Source: Schmidtea polychroa (lineage: Eukaryota). Taken from it: 64,000 nucleotides of DNA. The stretch is taken from contig CM097885.1 in NCBI GenBank assembly GCA_044892525.1, positions 14,882,001 to 14,946,000 of the forward strand. The letters run 5' to 3'. Made by a program: the position numbers and the translations under genes. The stretch's first letter is position 1; each line of letters opens with the position of its first letter. The notes under the pieces were generated by a model. The model was given only the letters and a program-made list of their open reading frames with translations, did no database searches and was not told the origin of the DNA. Shown here piece after piece: positions 1 to 10,632 of this stretch.

Positions 1-476
1 CTAGGAAGTCCTGCTCCTATGAAAATCTTACCTTTCATGGCTAATTTAACTAGAGCTCTTTGAATCTTTTCCTTGCTTGATGGATTTTGGATACTATTTA
101 AATCATGTATTAAATTCACATCTGCAACATGTCTATCTCTAAGATCTTCTGAGTTGTAAGCAATATCATGTTTTAAAGCTGCTTGATCAATTCTATTTAT
201 TGGTTCTTCTCCTTGTTTAGGATTATTATTTTCATCTAATCTAATATCTAATCTTGTTCCTGGTCCAGTATAGTTGTGATGGAATAAATGTCTTTCACCT
301 GGATATTTTTCAGTAGTAAAGGGTTTTAATAATGTTGATGTTGTTTTTAAAGATTGAAGATCACCTCCGGCTGCTAGTTTAGATCCAAGTATATGTTTTT
401 TAGTTTTAACATGAGAGGCTTTGTGATGTCTTGTAACTTGACAATGACAAGTTTCACATGTCCAATATTTACTCAT
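1..476 (-). CDS. Polinton/adintovirus PLA2-domain virion protein with N-terminal C2H2-type zinc finger (runs off the window edge)
   Basis: Not in the ORF track. Manual translation from ATG at 476: MSKYWTCETCHCQVTRHHKASHVKTKKH...HNYTGPGTRLDIRLDENNNPKQGEEPINRIDQAALKHDIAY...DRHVAD. This carries the parvovirus-VP1-type PLA2 Ca-binding loop (YxGPG) and catalytic HDxxY. It starts 13 nt after the MCP stop and has no stop before position 1. Confidence 0.88.
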   Translation of the reverse strand, partial: MSKYWTCETCHCQVTRHHKASHVKTKKHILGSKLAAGGDLQSLKTTSTLLKPFTTEKYPGERHLFHHNYTGPGTRLDIRLDENNNPKQGEEPINRIDQAALKHDIAYNSEDLRDRHVADVNLIHDLNSIQNPSSKEKIQRALVKLAMKGKIFIGAGLP

Positions 477-489
477 TTTAAAAAGTTTT

Positions 490-1788
490 TTATGAAGAAG
501 AATCACCTCGTACATTTTCAATAATTGAAATCTTTCCACCATATAATTTCATTTCTATTTTCTTTTCTTCTAATATTAATGTATATACTTTAGCTTTAAA
601 ATTAGAATCCTTTGTTATATGAAGTGTAACATCAACATTATTTATGGCTAGGCGATCATCTTGGTCTGATACATTTATACAAAATATAGAATATAAATTT
701 TTGAAATCTTCTAAACTTAATTGCGGCTCAACTTTGAAGTCGTGGCATGTTTCAATATAATTCAGGTACGGGAATATGTTTTCATTATTTTCAATATTAA
801 ATTCCATTCGATTTATTGGATAATATGAACTATTCAATTGGACCTGGATGGTTTTTAAATTATCACCCCCAATCTTTTGAATAAACAAGTTGTTGTTCTT
901 TTGGAAAGATGGATCTCCTTCTTTGAATCCAATCAAGATATATCTTGGTCGGTATGCTAGATTTGCTACCTTTATAGAATATGTTGAACCCTCTGTCATA
1001 CTAAATTCACTACAGATTCTATTTAAATAATTTACATTTATAGATTTGTTGGAATTTAATCTTTCAAGTAATTTAATTTCAGAATGTGGATTTAATGTCC
1101 ATTCAGGTATATGTAATTCAAGTGTTGATAATTTTAATTTAGCTTTTGTATCCTTATCTCCATAAAACAATCTTTTATCACCATCTAGTCTATTACAGAT
1201 GAATTCTATAAAAACATTATGAAGTATACGGTTATAGTTTTGAAGGAATCCGAACAAGTGTTTTAATTCAAAATAACCTTCAAATTTTTTCAACTTATAA
1301 AGTTCAACTCTTTTATAGTAAGCATAATTTATATCTAAACCATCTTTATCTAAATCCCCTTTATTAACATCAGGAATCCAACCTGTTAATTCACCATATT
1401 CGTTTTTATAATCACAACCAGTTAAAATAAAATTTAACATTGTAGAATATACTCCTGGATGCAAAACAGTTTCAATTTCTGATGATCCTAGTTTTAATCT
1501 CATGTTGGAGAATAAATTTGGAAAGAAATTATTTTCTAGGGTTATATCTTTGTTTGCTTCAATTTCTAATTCAATTTTATAATATAATTTGGCATTACAA
1601 ATATCTATAGGGTTTGATGTTTGAAGAGATTGAAAAACTATATCACCCCTACGATTTAAGTTTGCAATAGATCCTGAAGTTGGCGAGATTTTTAAAATAT
1701 CATTTTTCTTGATTTCATGAGTAAATTCTTTATTATAATCAAGATTTAATTTATTTTTTTCTTGAATTTTAAGATTTATATTATTCAT
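490..1788 (-). CDS. Polinton/Maverick (adintovirus-like) double jelly-roll major capsid protein
   Basis: Intact, intronless 432-aa ORF. Motifs typical of Polinton MCPs: ENNFFPNLFSNMRLKLGSSEIE...GVYST, PRYILIGF, QLNSSYYP, FKNLYSIFCINVS. Adjacent to a PLA2 gene. Confidence 0.85.
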   Translation of the reverse strand: MNNINLKIQEKNKLNLDYNKEFTHEIKKNDILKISPTSGSIANLNRRGDIVFQSLQTSNPIDICNAKLYYKIELEIEANKDITLENNFFPNLFSNMRLKLGSSEIETVLHPGVYSTMLNFILTGCDYKNEYGELTGWIPDVNKGDLDKDGLDINYAYYKRVELYKLKKFEGYFELKHLFGFLQNYNRILHNVFIEFICNRLDGDKRLFYGDKDTKAKLKLSTLELHIPEWTLNPHSEIKLLERLNSNKSINVNYLNRICSEFSMTEGSTYSIKVANLAYRPRYILIGFKEGDPSFQKNNNLFIQKIGGDNLKTIQVQLNSSYYPINRMEFNIENNENIFPYLNYIETCHDFKVEPQLSLEDFKNLYSIFCINVSDQDDRLAINNVDVTLHITKDSNFKAKVYTLILEEKKIEMKLYGGKISIIENVRGDSSS

Positions 1789-1824
1789 TTTTATAATAAA
1801 AATTTAAAAAATGATAAAAATCCG

Positions 1825-1909
1825 AACTCCGATAGCGCAGTGGGCTAGACTGGCACAGTGGTTCAAATGGATAGCGGTTCAAATCCTAACTACGGTTAGT
1901 TTTTTTTTT
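1825..1909 (+). ncRNA. Candidate Pol III (type-2 promoter) small RNA, unit 1, tRNA-like
   Basis: A-box TAGCGCAGTGG 1833-1843, B-box GGTTCAAATCC 1876-1886, CTAAC-TACG-GTTAG hairpin, T10 run 1900-1909. Does not form a full cloverleaf. Confidence 0.6.
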
Positions 1910-2039
1910 AACATAAAATAATATTAAAAATTTGAAAATAATATTGAAAATGGTGTGGGTATCTTAGATTTATATTTTATTTTATTTATTTTATTTTATT
2001 TTTTTATTAATTAAAAATTTAAAAAATGACAAAAATCCG

Positions 2040-2123
2040 AACTCCGATAGCGCGGTGGGAATAGACTGGCATTGTGGTTCAAATGCTAGCGGTTCAAATC
2101 ACGTCTGAGGTTAGTTTTTTTTT
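2040..2123 (+). ncRNA. Candidate Pol III small RNA, unit 2 (diverged tandem copy, ~215 bp period)
   Basis: A-box TAGCGCGGTGG 2048-2058, B-box GGTTCAAATCA 2091-2101, T9 run 2115-2123. Flanks are duplicated with unit 1 (about 1795-1967 vs 2011-2184). Confidence 0.55.
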
Positions 2124-2262
2124 CAACATAAAATAATATTAAAAATTTGAAAATAATATTGAAAAATGGTGTGGGTATCTTAGGAAATAAATCTTGTTTA
2201 TTTTATTTATTTATTAATTAATTAATTTTTAAACATAAATATGAAAAAAAAAATATTGAAAC

Positions 2263-2644
2263 GGGTGATGGTGGCGAACCGGTAATTATCGCCACCAGTC
2301 TTTCGAACACCCCCGGATCGATTCTATAATGTGCACATTTATTTCTTGGTTGTTTTCGGACCTCTTTCGGATTCGCTTTCGAATTCATTTGTACTTTCGA
2401 GCAGCACACTTAAAACGCCGATGAAATCGACTTCGTGAGCGAGAAGCGAATAATAAGGTGTGCTGCTATTATCGAATTGATTCTGATATATAAGTCTGGC
2501 CAGCTTGTATATTGGAAGAGATTTGATAAACGAAAGAGGTTGAAATAAAAAAAAAAAAAATGATCCGGATCAAAAAAAACTGTTGAGAGGACAGTGAAAA
2601 AAAAAAAAAATACCACTGTCCTCTCAGAGCAGTTTTACTATTTT
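2263..2644 (+). ncRNA. Candidate ~375-nt multibranched structured RNA with Pol III-like internal promoter (unit 3)
   Basis: A-box-like TGGCGAACCGG 2272-2282 and B-box-like GGATCGATTCT 2315-2325. Helices: 2269-2277/2289-2297, 2313-2320/2561-2568, 2360-2369/2531-2540, 2400-2409/2458-2467, 2481-2494/2504-2517 (3 G-U), 2584-2596/2614-2626. TTTT follows at 2633-2636 and 2641-2644. Confidence 0.55.
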
Positions 2645-2685
2645 CATAAATTAGTCAAATAGCAACTTGCTAGTTGACATCCTCA

Positions 2686-2968
2686 AGTAGTGTGTTTATA
2701 TCCCTAACGACCGCAAGCCGACAAACGTTTTTCATAGTTTTATCAGTATTTTTTCCCCGTTTTATTAATATTTTTGTTGTTTTTTTAATATTTTTGTTGT
2801 TTTTTTTAAGTCTTTATTTTGAAACCAAAATGTCTTCAGAATAAAGAAATTAAAAGATATAGGTTTTAGGGGTTTTAAGTGTTTTTTTTACGTTTATGGG
2901 GGAAAAATAGGTATAAAACATGAAAACAGTGGGAGGCTTGTGGTAGTTAGGGATATAAACACACTACT
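2686..2968. repeat. 283-bp fold-back with AGTAGT...ACTACT ends (Polinton terminal hairpin or mini non-autonomous Polinton)
   Basis: The first 23 bp (AGTAGTGTGTTTATATCCCTAAC) are a perfect inverted repeat of 2946-2968. Imperfect pairing extends to ~75 bp. Inner hairpin at 2811-2823/2835-2847. Confidence 0.85.
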
Positions 2969-4319
2969 GTCCTTTACAAAAAAAATTCAACTACGTTTGA
3001 AGAAATAGACGAGGAAATCCAATTAGAAAATGAAAACGCTGGAGATCAATCTGATTACGATTCAAATGAAAGTGAAACAGAAAGTGAAGAAAATCCTTCA
3101 GAACACATAAACTGCGCTCTAGCTGATTATTTTTCAACAGTTATTCAAAAAGTAAGAAAAATAGCTCGAATGTTTCGTAAATCTCCTGTTCAAAATGATG
3201 TGCTGCAAAAAGCCTGTAAAAATAAAATTGATAAGGAATTAAATTTGATAATTGATACCTCCACAAGATGGAATTCGCTGCTGGCTACGGTTCTTGGAAA
3301 TGAAAGACGTTATAAAAACAGTTTTACATGATTTGTCTGTTGTTCACATTTTTCCTTCCAATTATGAACTAAATGTTATTTCGGATATTGTCGAATCATT
3401 GGAAGTAATTGAAGTAAGCTCCTTGGCCCTGGGCAGGAAAGATTGCAACTTAATACAAGCAACAAAAATCTTTGAATTCTTATTGACAAAATTAAAAGAG
3501 CAATCCCACTCAAGTGTGCTGGCACAAAAGTTTTGCACGTCAATGACTACCAGAATTATTGAGAGAAGGAACCCAAATCTTGAAGGATTACTGTTGCATT
3601 TGGATGACCCAATAAAATATATAAGAAAGTGTATCGGATGAAAACTTTGTTTTTAAAAAACCAACCAAAAATGAGCTCGCTAATACCGCTAAAGATTTTG
3701 CTAATAGGTTACTTATACCGCTTACAGAAAATCCATCCGAAGCTGATTCTGATTACAAAGATGAAAACGATGTTATAGAAATTGTATCTGAAAAAAGAGC
3801 AAAATATTCAAAATCAGATGAGTTACAGGAATTCTTAACTAAAGAACTTGCTAAACCCAATTCAACAGCTGCATTCAACTATAGTTTACAAGATATAAAA
3901 AGGGAAATGATGGTTTACGAACACAGTAAAATAAAAACAGATTTACAACATAAAAAAAGCGTGTGGCCATCATCAGTGGAGGCGGAAAGAAGCTTTAGTG
4001 CTGCTGGTTTGTTCGTTACAAAGCTCCGGACATCCTTGAACGACAATACGTTGGATAAACTCTGCTTCCTACGTGCACATTTATTAAATGATAAAAATAC
4101 AAACTAAATATTTTATAATGTATTATTTTACTTTTTATTTATATATGTACTGAATTTAATTTGAAGTGAAATAAACTTTTATTTTTGTTAAAATGCAGAA
4201 GTTATTTACTTAAAATACATATAAAAAAAATTAATAAATTAATCGATTAATCGAATCAAAAACTGAAAAATTAATCGTTAATCATTTTTCTCTAAAATCG
4301 ATTAATCAACCATGCCCTA
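2969..4319 (+). mobile_element. hAT transposon, 3' half, frameshifted transposase
   Basis: VLYKK...IQKVRKIARMFRKSPVQNDVL...DTSTRWNS, and C-terminal PSSVEAERSFSAAGLFVTKLRTSLND (dimerisation motif). Subterminal TTAATCGATT repeats; right end ...CCATGCCCTA at 4319. Confidence 0.9.
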
Positions 4320-4705
4320 ATTTTGATATTATCCAATCAACTGTCATAAAGTTTCAATAAACCAATATTAAAATGATTTCCAACTAGATCATATAAAGCA
4401 AACGGTATTAACGACTTATGGCAAATGAAGTTTTCTTTTTCTAAAATTAACAAGCGTTACAAGTATTGTATCCATTAAACAAACACAACATAACTAGTAT
4501 ATGTTTTTACCTTTTAGAGAAGGCTATAATTTTCAAAATTAATTCTTTATAAACAGAGGTCACAACTTCAAAAGGCCACCCCTTCACCATGACATTGTGA
4601 GATATTATATACAAAAGTTTATAAAAAACTGATCGAATATTTATTGTAAATAAAAAGTTGGAAAACATTAATAAATGTATTGATATCAATAAAACAAATT
4701 CACAT

Positions 4706-5205
4706 TTAATCTGGAGGATTGAGAGTGCTATTCTGGAAATACCTCGGCATTATCAACAAACAAAATATCCCATTAATAAAAGAAATGAATAAATAAATCA
4801 CCATCTGAAATTTATCCAATTTATCAGCAAGTTCCCTATAGACATATTTCCTAATGTATTTTTCCGTGGAAAATTCCGAATAGTTCACAGGTAAGCTGGG
4901 GAAATTCTCAGAAATGTCATTGTCGACATTATTGGGGTTGGAAAGGTTTTCTTTCGATGATTTGAAACTGGATTTTATTGAAAAGCGAAAGTTTTTTGAG
5001 TTTCTATATCCGAAAGAATTGTTACAAGACATTCGATACTTGCGCAGTTCCATTATTGGACTGTCGACAGTGAAATCTGGACATCTATATTGATGAGACT
5101 TTGACTTCGTTTTTGGTAAGCTTTTTAAATATCTGATTTTGTTGTTGATGACGGCCAACACGGTGGCCAGACTCAGCAAGCCCAGCTGGTCCAATAAATA
5201 TATTC
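4706..5205 (-). CDS. Cys-loop ligand-gated ion channel (nAChR-like, non-alpha), last exon (TM3, cytoplasmic loop, TM4)
   Basis: Acceptor tttcag|GA at 5206/5205, phase 1, joins PVI-G-IYLLDQLGLL. ELADKLDKFQMVIYLFISFINGIFCLL is TM4-like. Stop at 4706. Confidence 0.88.
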
Positions 5206-5652
5206 CTGAAACAAATCTCAATTATTATTATCTTGGGAATATTTTGTTTTAATTAGCATTCGATTGGAAAAATAACTTAATATTTCTCGGGAAATTCTGA
5301 ATTTTTTGAAATGCAAAATTTTGAGTCAGTTGTTGAGGATTTTTGCAGAAATAAGTTCAATTTATGTTTGCGTTCCCAAAATATCAAATCAAATAATTTT
5401 TTATATTAACTAATAAAGCATTTCATTTATTTTCATTGGACAAAAGATTAAAAATTTATTTCTATGCAACACAAATTTTCGGCTTTGTTTTTATTAAGTA
5501 GTTTTATCAAAACATGAAAACAGATCAAAGGTGATCAAAATAAATGAAAAAATAAAATGATACTGCAACAAATTTGTCTTATAATTTAGACCTTAATATG
5601 ATTGTACCGTACCAATTTTGGTCATTATGTGTGACTGTTAACTTGATTTTAT

Positions 5653-6196
5653 TCTAATATATAAAGATGAAAGTTTGTTTGTTTGTTACCCATAGAATTC
5701 CCCAGCGTTGGACCTAGGGTGCTGACAATTTGCGTGTGACCCTCATTTGACTCGGGACCGGTCATAGGCTAAATTTCAACCCCAGATGAACACCCCTAGG
5801 GTACCCTAACCATACTCAGGGTCACCTTAATTTACTACAGTAGATACCCCAAGGAGGTGAAATTGGCAACAATGTGACAAATAAAAGTAGTAGATCAAGT
5901 TAGGTTTATAAAATAGGATTATTGTACAACTGCTTCAAATCTTCAGGATTTAAAAGTAAACACAAAACTAATGAGAGGAATAGTTGTGGTATTAGCTGGA
6001 GATTTTCGACAAACCAAAAATACAGTCTATCGACAAGCTTTATCATAAGTGATATATAAATTACATGTACTTTTTTTTAATTAAATTTTTATGGATTTTT
6101 TAAATTATTTTTTTTAAATGAATTAATTGAAATAAACTTCTTTATTTTGAATCTGTTTACTATTTTTAAATCGTGAACGCCGGATTCCCCAGCGAG
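5653..6196 (+). mobile_element. Non-autonomous Helitron
   Basis: 5' TCTAATATATAAAGATGAAAGTTTGTTTGTTTG. Pif1-type helicase scrap LQDLKVNTKLMRGIVVVLAGDFRQT at 5941-6015. 3' AACGCCGGATTCCCCAGCGAG|T (CTAG mutated). Confidence 0.8.
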
Positions 6197-6213
6197 TTAT
6201 TAATAATTATTAA

Positions 6214-7556
6214 CTCCTTCCTATCTTCATTATTTTCTGCGCCCGCCCATTCCAATCCCAATATAATTGCCCAAAAATAAACAAAATAAAAAATTTAACA
6301 TTTTGATATAATTTTTTTTAGTAAATTTTGATACTATTACCAGTATGTAAGCTACTGTTAAATTTAGTCAGTTCACTTGTTTCCAGTATGACAAAGTAAC
6401 ATTCACCTGTAATTAGCCTTTGAATGATATTTCTCGAAGCAATCGACCAGATGCAATGCTGGGTGGGCCATACACGTCTTGCAAAAGAACTGAGTAAGAT
6501 GGCGACCGGCCTTCACCTTACGATTTCTGCAGACCTTGGAATTTTTTTGTTTCGTTGAATGATCAACAACAACAGCAATAACCTATTGCGCTGACATTTT
6601 CATTTTCCTCTTCAACTCGACTGACAACCCTTGACAATTCTTTTGAATAGTGCCGGTAAGATGGCACTCCTTCAGCAATAGCTCTTTAGCTAATTCACAT
6701 CCTGTGTAAAATCGATCTGTAAAAATATGGTAACCAGAGCCATTGCATTTTCCTAGAAGATCCTCCGCTAGCACATAAACACGTAGATCCCACTTGGTAG
6801 GCTTTTGTGGATTATACATCTTAAAAGCAACACGTTCTTCAAATCCAATTGTGGATTCATCTATACGAACAGACTATCCGGAATGAAGTTGTATAAACAT
6901 TTATCTCGCACTGTATTGACATTAATGCCAAGTTTGTTTGGTCTGGTTACATCGGCTCCAACTGGGACAAGTTGACCCAAGTGAAGCATCCAGTGAATCT
7001 ATAGAAAGCGCATCCTACTGAAGACGCCCACAAAGAATGGCATGGTAGTTATTCAATCTTTGGAAAAGAATTTGAAAACATTAGATTTATCGTTGATTGC
7101 CATGTTAAGTATCACTTTCATTTCGTCTAGATGGAGTATCTACAAAGTGGACGACTGGCTAATTGCAGTCCATCATGATCATTGGTCTACTTTGTAATTT
7201 CCATTATCAATTCATCTATGAAAAGTAGTTGAAAGAAATCCAACACCGTTTATGTTGCTTGTGAATGTTATATGTTATTTGTGAATCTTTATTAGGAACT
7301 GTAAATGGAAATCTGGCAAATACTGCTGCATCTGGTGGCATTTAATGCTACTGCTGCACATCAGTATCCGTATCGCTGTCATCATTTTCTTCAATAGAAC
7401 TGTCCTAATCATTCTCACTATTCAAATTTTCATCTGGTAAGTTATTTTCAATTTCATTCTCATCATCGCTTGCAACAGAATCTTATTTCATTGTCATCGT
7501 CATCCATTGCAAGTATTTGCTCTAACACTTCTGTACCACAAAATCTCATAGCCATC
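6214..7556 (-). mobile_element. Degenerate piggyBac transposon
   Basis: TTAA|CTCCTTCC end. Fragments DESTIGFEERVAFKMYNPQKPTKW, GYHIFTDRFYT and C-terminal Cys-rich CKTCMAHPALHLVDCFEKYH. Acidic N-terminus; many stops and deletions. Confidence 0.88.
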
Positions 7557-7679
7557 GTTCACAATTATTTATTTTAAAATAAGAGATTATTAAATAATTA
7601 TTGATATTTTGTTGTATTTACTAGCAGTACAACAGAAATAAACACCAATAATACACCTAACCGCGAAAGTTAACATTGT

Positions 7680-7950
7680 CTATAATATACGTTGGTGTGC
7701 ACACCACCTGAGGTGAGTCACCAATTATATGACAATGTTAACTTAATTTCATTTATTCAATTTTCCAAAAATCGTTTTAAGGTAAGTTTTTGCATTGAAG
7801 TAATTTTTAGGACTTGAATTTTGATTTTATATAATTATGAGATCATTATTCAAGTTCCTAAATATTACTGTTAGTCAGCATTTATAATATTGATAATATA
7901 TAATATTGATAATTAAATTTCAGGTGTTTTTTTAGGAATTTTATGGTATT
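7680..7950. repeat. Dispersed repeat, also at ~32830-33085 and (inverted) ~22700-22815
   Basis: Shared TCTATAATATACGTTRGTGTG...ATTATGAGATCATTATTCAAG...TTAGTCA. Confidence 0.75.
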
Positions 7951-8764
7951 TTATTTGGATTTATTTGGATTTATTTCGTAAAAATGTAAGTTAGATATTT
8001 TTATAATTATAAATAAGTAAAGTAATCACTAAACATTTATTTTTTAAAGACATTTAGTAAAGAATGGATAAAATATTTTTTAAGTTTTTGTAATCTTCTT
8101 TCGAATTTTGTCTATTTCTGTAATTCTATGAAAATATTAATTTGTTAAAATAATTTATTAAAATTTACGATTTGCGATTTTTTTCCTGCAAATTCAAAGA
8201 TGTCGAATATCTGTAAATCTAAAGAAATTTTATATTCTAAATTATTTTATAATTAAATCTTACGATGTATTTACTTCTTTTTCCCTAAAGCTCAACGTAG
8301 AGCAGTCGGAATCTGATTCAAAAGTTTTTTTGTACATAATTTTTTAAATAATTTAAAAATATTGATATGTTAATTATATGTTAATCAATCTGAATTTCGC
8401 ATGAAAAACACTTTACTTAATTTTGTATGTATTTTTCATTATGTGTACTGTGCTTGTATGCTTAATTATTTTCTCTCACTTTTTAGATTCCTATAATAAA
8501 TATGTTAAATTTCGCGGCATTAAATTTCTACACACAGGTAAGTTTGTGTGTTCCTATAATATATATTTATTGATTTTTTTTTAGATTATAGATAATTTTA
8601 TATTTCGCGGTTAGGTGTATGATAATTATAAATACATACTGGTAATAATAAGCACGTGGCGGACAATCTCTGTCGACCTAGACCTGAATGACATAACAGC
8701 CAAACCGCCCTACAGCCTGCTACTGAGTCACTCCAGCTATAGTATCACTAGCTACAGTGTAGTA

Positions 8765-9113
8765 CAGGGGTGCCCACTAATTTTTCTAGGAGAGCTACAT
8801 TCACATCCAAAATGTGTATGCGATCTACTTTTTTAATACTTACATAATATTTACCTACCTTACATAATATTTACCTAAACTAAATTAAACTAAATAACAT
8901 TTTGGAAATGGTGAAATCAAAATTAAAAAATGTTATTTAGTATTACCATAGAAATGGAACACAGAACATGAAAATTGGCAAAAAATTTAAGCATAAAAGA
9001 GAAATTTTATATAAAATCTAAATTTATATAAAAAATATTTTTTTTATGAAGATCTACTAAAAAATCCTTCGCGATCTACCGGTAGATCGCGATCGACCTT
9101 ATGGGCACCCCTG
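8765..9113. mobile_element. hAT MITE
   Basis: TIR CAGGGGTGCCCA/TGGGCACCCCTG; perfect 8-bp TSD GTGTAGTA (8757-8764, 9114-9121). Confidence 0.95.
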
Positions 9114-9625
9114 GTGTAGTACAATGTCATATTTCAATCGGCAGAAGATTAGATTATGCACTGTAAATAATTGTAATATTTTTATAGAAAGTGGATTTGA
9201 TATGAATAAGAAAAAAGATGTGTCACTTTTTATAGACATTTTTTGTTCATCACAGAATAAGATGGGTTAAACCAACCTAAATGCGCAGTACATATCAATA
9301 TCAAATGTTTAATATGAACTTCTACTCCCCCGCTCCATCTCATCACAATAATTATCTGGATATTTCTTACTCATTAGCCTCAAGTATTAGCAAAATCGTT
9401 TATTTTGAAAATTTTTTGTAGTGTTTCTAATTTTGTAAAATTATGCAATTTCTTTAAATAGCCGAGGGCGATATATTTTCATACATATTTTTTATATTAT
9501 GGAAAGACAGCAAAAATCCTTTATCCTTTTGAACATCGATTTATTAATATCATAATACTTTTCTTTGATCTTCATTTCAGGCAAAAGATCAATATTTTTA
9601 TTTATTTAACTCGAATTTTAGGCAC

Positions 9626-10632
9626 TGTTGGACCAGAAGGCCGATAATTAAAAACAAATAAATTAATTAAAATTAGCAGTCAGACTAATGCACACATCAT
9701 GAGCACCTTAGCTAACGCAAAAACCCAGAAGACTCATCAACTCGCGACATCGCCATGTTCGAAATAAGTAAGTTTATGTAACGAATCTCCAAGCTACAAA
9801 ATAAAGTAAATCAGATAGAGGCCACCTGCCCCCAACCAGTGCAGGGTTAATAGTTGAGCGACAGCAATGGAATTTTAAGAAGAGGCAGCACGAATTATTG
9901 TGCAAGACCTACACCAAAGGCGAATTGGAAAGTCGTTTACCGAAAGTATTCGATCCAGCAATGCTCGAGATCATGCCGATTCCACATTTAGAAGTGACTG
10001 TAAATTCTGAGACTAAAATTCATGCGAGTAGTGCTGCTATCTCAGTTAAGGTCACTCATCCAAGTGCATCTACTATTCAGGTCTTAATAGACCCCAAAAA
10101 GAACCATTACACAAGAACACTCAGACAGCTAAGTCACGGTGGGTCGCGGAGCTGGTAGCCCAATCTCAAGTCCATATGTCAAAACCGTCTGAACCTCCAG
10201 TGTCATTACATGTAACTCAAGTTCCGCCACAATTCAATGCATATCTGGAAGCTCCAAATTTTGGACTCGAATGGCAACTGTAGATCTCTGATTGTGAATG
10301 CTTCATAATTATATGTATTGTTGTCTTGATAATTTTGATCATATGTTTTTCTTTCCCAGTAGTTCTCGTATATATATTTACTTCACTTTTGTTTTATTTT
10401 TTGACTCCAACAACTAATTTTGATATACAATATTGTCTTTTGGTATGACCACTGATAAGTTTTTAAGTTAAGACGTAAGTCCTTCCATCGGCAGTCCGTT
10501 TATTTTATGTTTGGCTGAGTCGAGCGGTCTGAGGTTTTCCGTGTATACGAAAGTTCAAGACCCCTAGTGTTTTACCGAATCACTTGAAGATCATCTGAGT
10601 CTGATAAGGCAAATGTCCAAAGGACGCCAACA
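9626..10632. mobile_element. Probable solo LTR (or Ginger-like element)
   Basis: TGTTGG...CCAACA termini with 4-bp TSD GCAC; GC-richer than the flanks. Confidence 0.7.

Larger units (their letters stand above)
1..2968 (-). mobile_element. Polinton/adintovirus element A, terminal part
   Basis: MCP and PLA2 genes, then a non-coding structured region ending in ACTACT at 2968 (Polinton-type end). hAT transposase codons begin abruptly at 2969. Confidence 0.7.

Noticed and set aside
1825..2123. Functional tRNA genes
   Set aside because: A and B boxes are present but the T-stem and anticodon stem do not pair, and the local hairpins differ between the two copies.
2410..2455. Hammerhead ribozyme in CCGATGA...CGAAT
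   Set aside because: The core is not CTGANGA/GAAA, and the surrounding helices do not fit hammerhead topology.
2662..2685. Left flank of the 283-bp fold-back as the upstream hAT codons (QLA.VDIL)
   Set aside because: It needs a frameshift and a 4/6 TSD match, and the same bases form a hairpin like the rest of the terminal region. Kept only as a minor alternative.
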